Virus record (IMG/VR): IMGVR_UViG_3300030101_003309
Location: 1 to 64,000 of that record
DNA: 64,000 nucleotides
Direction: 5' to 3' (one strand)
From: an uncultured virus (IMG/VR IMGVR_UViG_3300030101_003309)
Taxonomy: Duplodnaviria; Heunggongvirae; Uroviricota; Caudoviricetes
Shown here: positions 47,360 to 57,319 of the stretch, piece by piece
Position numbering within the stretch: the stretch's first letter is position 1
Layout of the letters: every line of letters starts with the position of its first letter
Made by a program: the position numbers and the translations under genes
Notes under the pieces: generated by a model
The model's database searches: none
What the model saw: the letters and a program-made list of their open reading frames with translations, nothing else
What the model was told of the DNA's origin: nothing

Positions 47360-49570
47360 ATGAAAAATATATTTTTGTCTATACTATTATTACCTTTATT
47401 TGTTTTTGGACAAAAGGATTTTGTAGTACATATAACTACTGATAGCTATCCGTCAGAAACAAGGTGGGTATTGTTTGCAGACAGTTTTCAAGGACCAATT
47501 ATATCGGAAGTACAATTTGGGCATTATACTTTACAAAATACAACACACACAGATACGGTATTATTAGCGGACAGCATAACGAATATATCTTGGGTTATAT
47601 ATGACTCGTATGGCGATGGTATACCAGGAGGTAGTTATTATGTTTCAGTTTGTGAAGATACTATCGTTAGTTACCCTAACCCTACATTTACAACTGGCTT
47701 AATTCATAATAGAGTAGTGCCTCAATGCATGCCTCAACCACCACCTTGCGTTCCTGCTAAAGTTATAATAAATTTAGACCAATATCAAGGCGAAACTAGT
47801 TGGGACATAAAAGACAGTAATGGTGTAGTGTATGCACAATCAGTAACTTATGCGGGTAATCCAGATTACGCGACTATTGTAGTGCCTGTATGTATACCAA
47901 AAGGTGAGTTAATATTTACTATGTATGACAGCTATGGTGACGGATTGAATGGTTCGTTATGGCAAGGACAAGACGGATCATATTTCGTAAAGCAATGTAA
48001 TGATACATTAGTATATGGCACAGATCCTGCTTTTGGGACTGACACGTCACATGTATTTGTTTCTGATTCTTGCCCACCCATATATGGATGTACAGATGAT
48101 GATTATGTAGAATGGAATCCATTTGCAGACGTAGACGATGGTAGTTGTCAAACTTTAAAAATATATGGATGCACCGATTCTACAATGTTTAATTTTGATC
48201 CGAATGCTAATACTATGGATATGATTGCAGATTGTGAGTTTACCTTAGTGTTGCATGATCTAATGGGTAACGGATGGGTAGGTTCGCATTTAGTTTTGAA
48301 TCATCCAGATAGTGTATATCACTTTAATCACACAGGTGGATTTAACGATGAATATCAAATGAATTTATCAGCACCTGCACCAATGGAGTTTATATTTCAT
48401 ATATCGGCTCAAGCAGCACTAACAACTATAGAGTGTGGTTTTACTTTTATTAATCCTGAAGGAGATACCTTGATAAGTATACAGCCACCTTTTATACAGC
48501 CTTTATTTCCATATGGACTACTTACAAATTGTGGTAATACCTGCGAAGAAAAAGTTTATGGGTGTTTAGATTCATTGGCAATTAATTATGATGAAGAAGC
48601 AAACACTAGTGACTCTAGTTGTTATTATACGCCAGGTTGTACTAACTCAAGTTATTTAGAATATTATACACAAGGTTTTGTAGCAGACTATGATGATGGC
48701 AGTTGTATTATTAAAGCTGTATGGGGCTGTATGGATACATCAGCATTCAATTATGATTCTACTGCTAATATAGACAATGGAGGCTGTGTTCCTGTAATAT
48801 ACGGATGTATGCAGCCGCTTGCCTATAATTACAACCCAAATGCAAATACCGCAGATACTTGTATAGCATTTTTGTATGGGTGTACTGATCCAACAATGTA
48901 CAATTATAATCCGTTAGCTAATGCTGATGATGGTAGTTGTATACCTTATGTGTTTGGTTGCACAGATTCAACAATGTTTAACTTTAATCCACTAGCAAAT
49001 GCTGACAATAATTCTTGCATACCTTATATTTATGGTTGTACTGACCCTAGCATGCTTAATTACAACCCACAAGCAAACACTGAAGATTTTAGTTGTATCG
49101 CTTATATATATGGTTGTACCGATAGTTCTGCTTTTAACTATGACTCTTTGGCTAATACTGATAATGGTTCGTGTATATCTATTGTTGAAGGATGTATGGA
49201 TCTCAATGCGTACAACTACAATGAAATAGCTAATGTAAACGACACATTGTCTTGTTTATATGCTGCGAATTGTATAACTGGACCAGGAGTACCATATTGG
49301 TTAAATGATCCGTGCTATGAATGGGTAATATCTGTAGATGAATATTGTTGCCAAAATCAGTGGGATAATATATGTCAATTAACTTATAACTATTGTGATG
49401 GTTCTTATTATGGTCCAATTCCTAAGCGTGTAGCCAAAAAATTAATTGCAATAACAGATCTGTTGGGTAGACCTGTAAACAATATTAAAAATAAATTTGT
49501 TATCTTTATATACGATAACGGCACAACAGAAAAAAAATTAATAAAAAAATGGCGGTACTTACAACAATAA
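47360..49570 (+). CDS. secreted Cys-repeat protein with T9SS-like C-terminal domain
   Basis: signal MKNIFLSILLLPLFVFG|Q (ATG 47360), 11 GC[TM]D-type repeats, C-terminal ITDLLGRPV...FIYDNGTTEKK. Confidence 0.75.
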   Translation: MKNIFLSILLLPLFVFGQKDFVVHITTDSYPSETRWVLFADSFQGPIISEVQFGHYTLQNTTHTDTVLLADSITNISWVIYDSYGDGIPGGSYYVSVCEDTIVSYPNPTFTTGLIHNRVVPQCMPQPPPCVPAKVIINLDQYQGETSWDIKDSNGVVYAQSVTYAGNPDYATIVVPVCIPKGELIFTMYDSYGDGLNGSLWQGQDGSYFVKQCNDTLVYGTDPAFGTDTSHVFVSDSCPPIYGCTDDDYVEWNPFADVDDGSCQTLKIYGCTDSTMFNFDPNANTMDMIADCEFTLVLHDLMGNGWVGSHLVLNHPDSVYHFNHTGGFNDEYQMNLSAPAPMEFIFHISAQAALTTIECGFTFINPEGDTLISIQPPFIQPLFPYGLLTNCGNTCEEKVYGCLDSLAINYDEEANTSDSSCYYTPGCTNSSYLEYYTQGFVADYDDGSCIIKAVWGCMDTSAFNYDSTANIDNGGCVPVIYGCMQPLAYNYNPNANTADTCIAFLYGCTDPTMYNYNPLANADDGSCIPYVFGCTDSTMFNFNPLANADNNSCIPYIYGCTDPSMLNYNPQANTEDFSCIAYIYGCTDSSAFNYDSLANTDNGSCISIVEGCMDLNAYNYNEIANVNDTLSCLYAANCITGPGVPYWLNDPCYEWVISVDEYCCQNQWDNICQLTYNYCDGSYYGPIPKRVAKKLIAITDLLGRPVNNIKNKFVIFIYDNGTTEKKLIKKWRYLQQ
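48083..49255 (+). repeat. coding repeats GCxD..A.N(Y/F)(N/D)P.AN.DDGSC
   Basis: 11 degenerate copies of about 26 aa counted in the translation; boundaries approximate. Confidence 0.85.
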
Positions 49571-49818
49571 ATGGTATACCTTTGTATACTACAGTAGCTG
49601 AAGCTTTATCGTATGCTGCAGCAAATGGGCTATCAGGGTTTCACACACATAATTATCAAGGACAATTAGGGTATATGGGTGGAGCTACACATAGTCAAGC
49701 AGCTACACCATCTTCAGGTTTTAATCCAAATAATCAAACTAACACACCCCCTGCAACAAGCTCTGCTGGTTTTTCTAGTGGCGGAAGTAGTGGTGGAGGC
49801 GGTGGCGGAGGTTACTAA
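49549..49818 (+). CDS. small protein with Gly/Ser tail
   Basis: 89-aa ORF, GFHTH..G..GYM motif. Confidence 0.65.
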   Translation: MAVLTTINGIPLYTTVAEALSYAAANGLSGFHTHNYQGQLGYMGGATHSQAATPSSGFNPNNQTNTPPATSSAGFSSGGSSGGGGGGGY

Positions 49819-49828
49819 ATAATTTAAT

Positions 49829-50215
49829 ATGTTAAGCAAAATATTTTCAGCAGGTGCAGGAGAACTAATAAAAAATGTAGGTGGAGTTATAGATAATCTT
49901 CATACATCAGCAGAAGAAAAAGCAGATGCTGAAAGAAAAATAAAAGATATGATAATGGGTTACGAAGCAGAAATGCAAAAACAAGTAACCGAACGTTGGA
50001 AAGTAGACATGGCCTCTGATTCTTGGTTGTCAAAAAATATCAGACCATTAGTGTTAATATTTTTATGCGTATCTACAGTACTTTTAATATTTATTGATGC
50101 TGGTGTAATATCTTTTGAAGTAAAAGCATCTTGGGTAGATTTGTTACAATTAGTTTTAATAACTGTAATTGGTGCGTATTTTGGAGGTAGATCATTAGAA
50201 AAAGTTAAAAAATGA
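49829..50215 (+). CDS. holin (3TM/GTA holin family)
   Basis: RWKVDMASDSWLSKNIRPL, TM helices, GAYFGGRSLEK. Confidence 0.8.
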   Translation: MLSKIFSAGAGELIKNVGGVIDNLHTSAEEKADAERKIKDMIMGYEAEMQKQVTERWKVDMASDSWLSKNIRPLVLIFLCVSTVLLIFIDAGVISFEVKASWVDLLQLVLITVIGAYFGGRSLEKVKK

Positions 50216-50481
50216 TAGACGACTTAGACGGAGAAGTAAAAGAAATTATACATGAGTCTATGACAAACTCATACATGATTATAACAAATAAACTTACTTT
50301 TGAAGATTTATTAGATTATAATGGATGCGCATTACCATTTAATCCTCAAAAAAAAATAGACAACAAAGTAATTGACAAAATAATTGATTATTTTTGTGAG
50401 TTGGAGGAATATGAAAAATGTAATGAGCTTAAAAAACTTAAAGATTCTAAAAAATATAAGAAAAATTTCATAAATTTGTAA
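50212..50481 (+). CDS. hypothetical protein
   Basis: 89 aa with EEYEKC motif. Confidence 0.65.
   Translation: MIDDLDGEVKEIIHESMTNSYMIITNKLTFEDLLDYNGCALPFNPQKKIDNKVIDKIIDYFCELEEYEKCNELKKLKDSKKYKKNFINL
50471..50478 (+). promoter_or_regulatory. Bacteroidota -7 promoter box
   Basis: TAAATTTG upstream of 50495. Confidence 0.5.
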
Positions 50482-50494
50482 AAAATAAAAAACT

Positions 50495-50884
50495 ATGCCG
50501 CAAAATTATACATTAAACGCAACCATGAGCATGACTGCTAGCTCAGCAACAGGATATTCACAATCACAATCTGGAGCATATACATTAAATATTACTGGAG
50601 TAGATCAAATAGCGACTGGAAGAATTGATGTTGCGCATAACAGTGACGCAACTATAATGGCTGCACCTGGACATGGAAGATTTATTTATGTAAAAAATTT
50701 AGATGATACAAATTTTGTAAAAATATATGACGGACCGTCTAGTGAGGCTGATTACATTGGTATATTAAAACCAGGAGAGTTTTTAATGACAGTAATTAGA
50801 GGAACAGGTACAACGGTTGCAAAAGCTGATACAGCCACAGTAACAGTAGAGTACGCTGCAGTAGAAATAGATTCAAACGCATAA
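50495..50884 (+). CDS. putative structural protein
   Basis: FIYVKNLD...LKPGE; paralog of 50895. Confidence 0.6.
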   Translation: MPQNYTLNATMSMTASSATGYSQSQSGAYTLNITGVDQIATGRIDVAHNSDATIMAAPGHGRFIYVKNLDDTNFVKIYDGPSSEADYIGILKPGEFLMTVIRGTGTTVAKADTATVTVEYAAVEIDSNA

Positions 50885-50894
50885 AAAATAAAAT

Positions 50895-51323
50895 ATGGCA
50901 ACACAATCATTAACAATATCAATAACAGGTTCTGTAACTTTAGTAGACGCTACAGGAACAACAGTATTTACATATACTCCTAATTTTACTACAGATGCAA
51001 CTACAGTTGATTCTGCATTAATATCTACAGGAGAAATACTTACTAACGGAACATCAGACACTACTATAAATTTAGCAAGTCACAATAAAGACCGATTATA
51101 TGCATTAATAAAAAATGTAGACACAGACTATCCAGTAGCTGTCAAACCAGACGGTGATGTAATAGCTGATTTAAAACCAGGAGAATGCATGGTAGCCCCT
51201 TTAAATTTAGATGGAGCGGCAAATGATTCAGCAAATTTAGATGTTGCGGCAACAACAGCAGCCCAAAAAGTACAATATTTATTATGTGATGGGGCAGACT
51301 TAGGTTTGTCGGATGATGACTAA
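50895..51323 (+). CDS. putative structural protein
   Basis: LIKNVD...LKPGE; paralog of 50495. Confidence 0.6.
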   Translation: MATQSLTISITGSVTLVDATGTTVFTYTPNFTTDATTVDSALISTGEILTNGTSDTTINLASHNKDRLYALIKNVDTDYPVAVKPDGDVIADLKPGECMVAPLNLDGAANDSANLDVAATTAAQKVQYLLCDGADLGLSDDD

Positions 51324-51331
51324 AATATAAT

Positions 51332-51808
51332 ATGAAACTTAAAGTATTAAGATTTAGTAGCCAGGAGGATAGTACTTCTGGCTTACTTTTTTTAGAAGGA
51401 GATTTAGGTCTTGAATTTTTGTGTTATACATTAGAAGATGAAAGAAGAGCACTAAAGATAAAAGGAGAAACAAGGGTACCTGCAGGTATATACGAAATAA
51501 AATTAAGAACAGAAGGTGGTTTTCATGCTAAATACAAAAAAAGATTTGCTCCAATACATAAAGGGATGCTACACGTTATTGACGTGCCGAATTTTAAATG
51601 GGTACTTATACACACTGGTAATACTGATGAACATACTGCTGGATGCCTTTTGGTTGGCGACTCGCAAGAAAACAATATCATCATCAAGGATGGGTTCATT
51701 GGAAAATCAACTAATGCGTACAAGAGAATATATCCGAATATTGCTAAAGCGATAGACAGGGGAGATAAGGTTACCATACAATATATAGACTTAGATAAAA
51801 ATATCTAA
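51332..51808 (+). CDS. DUF5675 family protein, endolysin candidate
   Basis: CYTLED...VPAGIY...VLIHTGN...TAGCLLVG. Confidence 0.75.
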   Translation: MKLKVLRFSSQEDSTSGLLFLEGDLGLEFLCYTLEDERRALKIKGETRVPAGIYEIKLRTEGGFHAKYKKRFAPIHKGMLHVIDVPNFKWVLIHTGNTDEHTAGCLLVGDSQENNIIIKDGFIGKSTNAYKRIYPNIAKAIDRGDKVTIQYIDLDKNI

Positions 51809-51809
51809 A

Positions 51810-54251
51810 ATGAAATTTATAGGACAGTTTATACAAAATTTTATTGCAAGATTTCGTAACGATGTTTTCTTAGAAGACGTTGATACAGGAACTATTGCTA
51901 GTGGTGGTAACTTAGGATTAGATTCAAATAATAAAATTGTAAAAGCTTCAATATCCGCATCTGATACTACTTATGGTGTTTCCTGTGTAGACGGAGATAA
52001 TTCAGATGAAGAAAAAATTAGATTAACGTCTAGTGACGGTGAAACTGACGATGTTGTTTTGGAGGCTGGAACAGGATTATCAATAGCCAGAGATGATGAT
52101 AAGATAACATTTACAAACACAGTTTCAGATACTAATACACAGTTAAGTAATGCAGAGGTTAGAACAGCTGTTGAAGCCGCTAGTGATTCTAATGTGTTTA
52201 CTGACGCTGATCACACTAAGTTGAATGGCATAGAAGCCAGTGCAGATGTAACGGACACGTCTAACGTTACAGCCGCAGGTGCATTAATGGATAGTGAAGT
52301 AACAAATCTTGCAGATGTTAAGTCTTTTGATACAAGCGATTATGCTACAGCTGCTCAAGGAGCTAAGGCTGATAGCGCACAACAACCGCCATCAGAAGGT
52401 GCATTTGCAAATGGAGACAAGACTAAGTTAGATAATATAGAAACAGGAGCTACAGCAGATCAAACAAATGCAGAAATTAGAGCTGGTGCGTTAATGGATT
52501 CAGAACTTACAGATTTAGCTGGAGTAAAAGGTGTTACAATAAGTACTCTACAGGTTAAACCATCAGAAGGTGCTTTTGCAAATGGAGACAAGACTAAGTT
52601 AGATAATATAGAAACAGGAGCTACAGCAGATCAAACAAATGCAGAAATTAGAGCTGCAGTTGAAGCGGCATCAGACAGTAACGTATTCACGGATGCTGAT
52701 CATACTAAGCTAAATGGTATAGAAACATCTGCAACCGCTGATCAAACAGCAGGTGAGATTAGAACTTTATTAGGAACTGGTAATGGTAATTTAGTACCAG
52801 CAGCAGGATCAGACGGTGAGTTTTTAAAGCATGACGGTACGTTTGGCACTCCAAGTTATACAACTAATACTAACACTCAACTTAGCACCGAACAAGTACA
52901 AGACATTGCTGGTCCGTTAGTAGCAACTGGTGGTACTAAAACACTAATTAGCGTTACTTATGATGATGCTAATAATAATATGGATTTTGTTGTAGATAAT
53001 GATTTATCTAACTATGATAACAGTTCAAGTGGATTTGTAACTTCAGATACTAATACACAGAACTCATACGCGATATCTTGTGTTGATGGAGACAACTCTG
53101 ATGAAGAAAAAATAAGACTTACTCAAAGTGGTGCTGATGGCGCGGCAACAGATGATGTTGTATTAGAAGCAGGTACTGGTTTAAGTATTGCTAGATCTGG
53201 AGATAAGATAACATTTACAAACACTGTATCTGACACAAACACTAATCAATTAACTGAATTTACATTAACAGGTGATAGTGGTAGTAATCAAACAATAGCT
53301 CATGGTAATACACTAGACATTGCAGGCGGTAATGCTATCAGTACAGTTGTTGGTGCTACTGATACAGTTACCATTAACCATGACGATACATCGTCTCAAG
53401 CTAGTGTTAATAATTCTGGTAGAACTTTTATACAAGATATACAGTTAGATACTTATGGTCACGTAACAAGTATAACTTCTGCAACAGATTCTGATACACA
53501 TGTTGGCGATATAACAGGAGTTACTATTCAAACGGATGATGAAGGCGTGGCTTCAGACACGGCAGGCTCTGCAGATTTTATTTTATCAGGTGGTGAAGGT
53601 ATAGATACAAGTTCATCTGGCACTACTATAACTATAGCTGGTGAAGATGCTACAACGTCTAATAAAGGTATTGCTAGTTTTAATAGTAGTCACTTTAGCG
53701 TAAGCTCAGGTGCTGTTAGCCTAAGATCACCGGCAATAGCTAATTATTCTTTAGTAAGTTCATCTGGTACCACGACAACTAGTACTACAGCAGGAGAGGC
53801 AAATGCAGTAGTAATACCATATGACACAGAAGATTTAGTATCATCTAATAATACTGTAATATTAACAGGTTCAAGTGGTTTGACAGGTATTTCTGGAAGT
53901 TCTTATGCTTGGTACTCAGAAACACAAGGTGATTGGGAATATCAATGGAATGTTATGACTAATACAAATATAGTAAACAATAGAATATTAAATGGCGTTA
54001 AATTACAAAGAGGTACTCACAATGGCAGTACTATGACTTGGACTGATTATGATCCATCTACTTCTTTTATATATGATAGAGGTACTGGTACTGTGAGAAA
54101 AGGATCTACTACAAATCAAACGTTGGTTACACAAGGTGGTACTCAATATTATTGGAGATTAGTAATTTGGAAAGAAGCCGCATCAAATGCCTCAATGAAT
54201 GCTATAACCGTAGTTACAGGTGTTAGTTTAATAGTAAAACAAATAAGTTAA
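51810..54251 (+). CDS. tail fibre-like protein
   Basis: Thr/Asp/Gly-rich; KL(N/D)xIE.xA.ADQT shaft repeats and a duplicated SCVDGDNSDEEKIRL...LEAGTGLSIAR module. Confidence 0.75.
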   Translation: MKFIGQFIQNFIARFRNDVFLEDVDTGTIASGGNLGLDSNNKIVKASISASDTTYGVSCVDGDNSDEEKIRLTSSDGETDDVVLEAGTGLSIARDDDKITFTNTVSDTNTQLSNAEVRTAVEAASDSNVFTDADHTKLNGIEASADVTDTSNVTAAGALMDSEVTNLADVKSFDTSDYATAAQGAKADSAQQPPSEGAFANGDKTKLDNIETGATADQTNAEIRAGALMDSELTDLAGVKGVTISTLQVKPSEGAFANGDKTKLDNIETGATADQTNAEIRAAVEAASDSNVFTDADHTKLNGIETSATADQTAGEIRTLLGTGNGNLVPAAGSDGEFLKHDGTFGTPSYTTNTNTQLSTEQVQDIAGPLVATGGTKTLISVTYDDANNNMDFVVDNDLSNYDNSSSGFVTSDTNTQNSYAISCVDGDNSDEEKIRLTQSGADGAATDDVVLEAGTGLSIARSGDKITFTNTVSDTNTNQLTEFTLTGDSGSNQTIAHGNTLDIAGGNAISTVVGATDTVTINHDDTSSQASVNNSGRTFIQDIQLDTYGHVTSITSATDSDTHVGDITGVTIQTDDEGVASDTAGSADFILSGGEGIDTSSSGTTITIAGEDATTSNKGIASFNSSHFSVSSGAVSLRSPAIANYSLVSSSGTTTTSTTAGEANAVVIPYDTEDLVSSNNTVILTGSSGLTGISGSSYAWYSETQGDWEYQWNVMTNTNIVNNRILNGVKLQRGTHNGSTMTWTDYDPSTSFIYDRGTGTVRKGSTTNQTLVTQGGTQYYWRLVIWKEAASNASMNAITVVTGVSLIVKQIS
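52389..52656 (+). repeat. 97-nt direct repeat inside the fibre gene
   Basis: 52389-52485 versus 52560-52656, one mismatch, offset 171 nt. Confidence 0.9.
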
Positions 54252-54264
54252 TAAAATATAAAAT

Positions 54265-54867
54265 ATGGTATACATAAAAGATAAATATAGAGGTAAAGGT
54301 GCACAAATAAGATCAAATTTTATAGCAAGACAAAAAGATTCAGCAAAAAAAGAAAACGCACCTACTGGCCTGACAAATCAACAAAGGGATCAAATTGCTA
54401 CAGAAAATTTTAGGTCTTTTTCAAATGAAACAGCAAGGGGTCAATCTTTAAATATGACTGGAGCATCTACATTAGCAACAAATCAATTACAATCTAAGAT
54501 TAGAGGTTTCAAGATAGAAGATGCTAATGTTGCGCTACGAATACTTGATCTACAACAAGGGTCTAGTTTAAATAATATTGTAATTCACAATCATCATACA
54601 AGTGAGGCTAATATTAATATTTATTGGAGTCCAGGTGACCAAACAAGAGCTACGTTTGATATATCAACTGGTTTTATAACATCATTCAAAGGAATATCTT
54701 TAATAAATTTATACGGAGATAATTTTTCTGCTAACGCTACAGTATCATTAGAAGGTTTAGTTCAACATACATATAGAAATATTTCTAATCCAATAACTTT
54801 TTATGCAGTTTCTTCAGTAGTTGGACCAAGCATAACTATTAGCTCAACTGATGAACTATCCCAATGA
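54265..54867 (+). CDS. hypothetical protein
   Basis: 200-aa ORF. Confidence 0.7.
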   Translation: MVYIKDKYRGKGAQIRSNFIARQKDSAKKENAPTGLTNQQRDQIATENFRSFSNETARGQSLNMTGASTLATNQLQSKIRGFKIEDANVALRILDLQQGSSLNNIVIHNHHTSEANINIYWSPGDQTRATFDISTGFITSFKGISLINLYGDNFSANATVSLEGLVQHTYRNISNPITFYAVSSVVGPSITISSTDELSQ

Positions 54868-55102
54868 TACATATTGCGTGCCTATATGGTTAAGCAGCTG
54901 GACATTCAGAGATAGTAGAAACAAAATTTATACATTAAATAATCAGGTTGTTAAAGGGTATAATAAAGAAGAAATATTTGCTAATCCAAAAATTGTTAAT
55001 AAACTTGTTAATAAAATTAAAGGAAGACGATCAAAACAAAAGCTTGTTGCCTTAAATTTAACATTAACAAGTCAACACGGTTATGGTGTTGAAGAAAATT
55101 AA
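54851..55102 (+). CDS. hypothetical protein
   Basis: 83-aa ORF. Confidence 0.6.
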   Translation: MNYPNDTYCVPIWLSSWTFRDSRNKIYTLNNQVVKGYNKEEIFANPKIVNKLVNKIKGRRSKQKLVALNLTLTSQHGYGVEEN

Positions 55103-55113
55103 ACAATTTTACA

Positions 55114-56397
55114 ATGTCTTTAAACGATAAAATAAGAGAATATTTATTACAAAATCCTAATTTCTTACGCAGCAAATATGCAGATACAGCAAAAAAATTT
55201 GGAACTAATTATGAACAAATTAGAACTATAGCAAGAGCACTTAGAAGAAAAAATCCAGACACAGAACCAAAAGAAAAAGAAGTAATTAATTTTCAAGAAA
55301 CCAAATCTAGTGCTGTGCTTACTGCAGAAAATTGCACAAGAGTTAAATCACTAGAAGATTTATTAGCAGCATGTGAGGTGGATTTGGATTTGTGGGATGT
55401 TGAAAAATATGATATAGGTACTTATGAGGTAACTGGTTTTGATAATGATCGTAACCCTGTTACTGTTACTATGTATAGAACAAAAGCGTGGTTAAAAAAA
55501 ATAAAACAAGATTTAAATATAAAAAAAATAAAACAAGAACTTATTGAAGACTTACGTAATATATCGCCAATAGTTTCAAAAAAAGATAGAAAAAGACCAA
55601 ATGATAGAAAAGATTTACATTTATTAGAAATATCTGCATTTGATTTACATTTAGGTAAAATAGGAATAAAAGGAGATGAGTATAGTTTAAAAATAGCTGA
55701 AAAACGTCTTTTAAACGCCGTAGAGCACCTTTTGTATAGGGCTAAAGGGTTTTACATAGATAAGATACTTTTTATCGTAGGACAAGATTTATTGAATTCT
55801 GATGGTGATTGGCCAATACCATCTACTACAAAAGGAACGCCACAGTTTAACAGTGATTACCATATAGATATGTATAGATCAGCTAGAAAGCTAATGATAA
55901 AGGCTATAGATATATTAAGTGAAGTTGCTGATGTTCATGTTATGGTAATACCAGGTAATCACGACAGAGAATCTGTAATGCATTTAGGAGATACATTAGA
56001 GTTGTATTATGATAATAATGAAAATGTAAAAGTGGACAATGGAGATTGCTTAATGAAAGCTTTACCATACGGTAATAATCTTATTATATCAGATCATGGT
56101 GACGGTCCAAAAACAAATGACCTGCCAGGTATTATAGCTCAAAGATTTAAGAATCTATGGAGCAATACAGTATATGTTGAAGTACATAGAGGCCATTATC
56201 ATACCAATAAAGCTATGAAATTACAAGCAATAGAAGAATTGAACGGTATAACTGTTAGAAATTTATCTTCTATGTCTGCCACAGATTATTGGCATGATAG
56301 TAAGGGTTTTATAGGTAATATTAAAAAAGCACAAGCTTTTATATATAGTAGACAAAATGGTTTACAAGGTATATTAAACTACAACGTTAGCATTTAA
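55114..56397 (+). CDS. calcineurin-like metallophosphoesterase with N-terminal HTH
   Basis: DLHLG, GQDLLN, PGNHD, HGD and GHYH motifs. Confidence 0.8.
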   Translation: MSLNDKIREYLLQNPNFLRSKYADTAKKFGTNYEQIRTIARALRRKNPDTEPKEKEVINFQETKSSAVLTAENCTRVKSLEDLLAACEVDLDLWDVEKYDIGTYEVTGFDNDRNPVTVTMYRTKAWLKKIKQDLNIKKIKQELIEDLRNISPIVSKKDRKRPNDRKDLHLLEISAFDLHLGKIGIKGDEYSLKIAEKRLLNAVEHLLYRAKGFYIDKILFIVGQDLLNSDGDWPIPSTTKGTPQFNSDYHIDMYRSARKLMIKAIDILSEVADVHVMVIPGNHDRESVMHLGDTLELYYDNNENVKVDNGDCLMKALPYGNNLIISDHGDGPKTNDLPGIIAQRFKNLWSNTVYVEVHRGHYHTNKAMKLQAIEELNGITVRNLSSMSATDYWHDSKGFIGNIKKAQAFIYSRQNGLQGILNYNVSI

Positions 56398-56439
56398 TTT
56401 TTATTTTACTCATACCAAACTTTATATACTTTTACACCG

Positions 56440-56661
56440 TTATAAGTGATACATGCGAGTTCTTTTCTTTTTATTTTTTGTGTCACTATCTGACTTGGGT
56501 CCATGTATTTCGGATTTTTGCTGTTTAGTTTTCTTTTTTTCGGCATAATTATTCAAATTATTAATTAATGATTTATTTTGATCTGTTTTTACAAAATCAT
56601 ACACATACGCTATAATTATAAATAACGTAAATAAAAGTATAAAATAAGCTACGTATTGCAT
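56440..56661 (-). CDS. small membrane-anchored protein
   Basis: N-terminal TM helix, basic tail. Confidence 0.55.
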   Translation of the reverse strand: MQYVAYFILLFTLFIIIAYVYDFVKTDQNKSLINNLNNYAEKKKTKQQKSEIHGPKSDSDTKNKKKRTRMYHL

Positions 56662-56927
56662 TTTTCTAATTTTTCTAGTTCAAATTGTAAATGTGCTATT
56701 GCTTTTTTTATACAATCAACTGGAGATGTATGTTTGCGGTTAGCACGTAAAAGATAAGTCACTGCAGTCCCGCAGTTGTAAGAAAGATCAAAATCTTCTA
56801 CAACTTTACGGGCTTCATATTTATGTATTTTTCCTATATAATAAGAAGGTATTCTTTTGTCTACAGTTGTATCAGCAATATAGCCGTTTCTACCTACCTC
56901 CCAATAGTATTTATTGTGTTCTGTCAT
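56649..56927 (-). CDS. DUF3310 (T7 gp1.7-like) protein
   Basis: PSYY...G.AV.YL.RA..K...DCIKKA..HL. Confidence 0.65.
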   Translation of the reverse strand: MTEHNKYYWEVGRNGYIADTTVDKRIPSYYIGKIHKYEARKVVEDFDLSYNCGTAVTYLLRANRKHTSPVDCIKKAIAHLQFELEKLEKCNT

Positions 56928-57319
56928 TAGTCTAGTTTAGTTTTAAAGTGATCTATAATTTTATTCATTTGTCTTTTATAAAACAATTCAAAATCTACAT
57001 ATTCCATTTGCCCTGTATCTCCATTTATAGATTTTGGTTGTGTTTTTTCCCATAGTTTATACAATACACCACGCATTCTTTGACTAGGTGTTTTTTCATT
57101 AAACTCATTAGTTGCTGTAGCTTTTTCTACAGCATCAATTTGATCTTGATTAATGTTATTTGTAGATATTAATACATATCCTGGTTTTTTGATTAAACTA
57201 AAAAGGTTAACCATAGTTTCGTGTGCTAACTCAGGAGTACCTACGAATATACGTAGGCTCCCGTCAGCTAAGGTGCTAACTTTATCTATACCACCTTCAA
57301 ATACAACTGAATGTTTCAT
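56927..57319 (-). CDS. phage hypothetical protein
   Basis: KTPSQRMRGVLYKLW motif; coupled to the exonuclease gene. Confidence 0.65.
   Translation of the reverse strand: MKHSVVFEGGIDKVSTLADGSLRIFVGTPELAHETMVNLFSLIKKPGYVLISTNNINQDQIDAVEKATATNEFNEKTPSQRMRGVLYKLWEKTQPKSINGDTGQMEYVDFELFYKRQMNKIIDHFKTKLD

Noticed and set aside
3736..51777. Numerous minus-strand ORFs inside the late genes (e.g. 3736..4140, 11871..12221, 34300..34812, 39403..39786)
   Set aside because: Antisense shadows of long coding genes, with no motifs or leaders
52389..52656. Diversity-generating retroelement TR/VR pair
   Set aside because: Both copies are in-frame within one gene with a single mismatch, and no reverse transcriptase is present in the window
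3227..56397. Stop-codon reassignment as in some crAss-like phages
   Set aside because: Genes are long and tightly packed under the standard code, and TAG (44599) and TGA (54867) end genes at sensible boundaries
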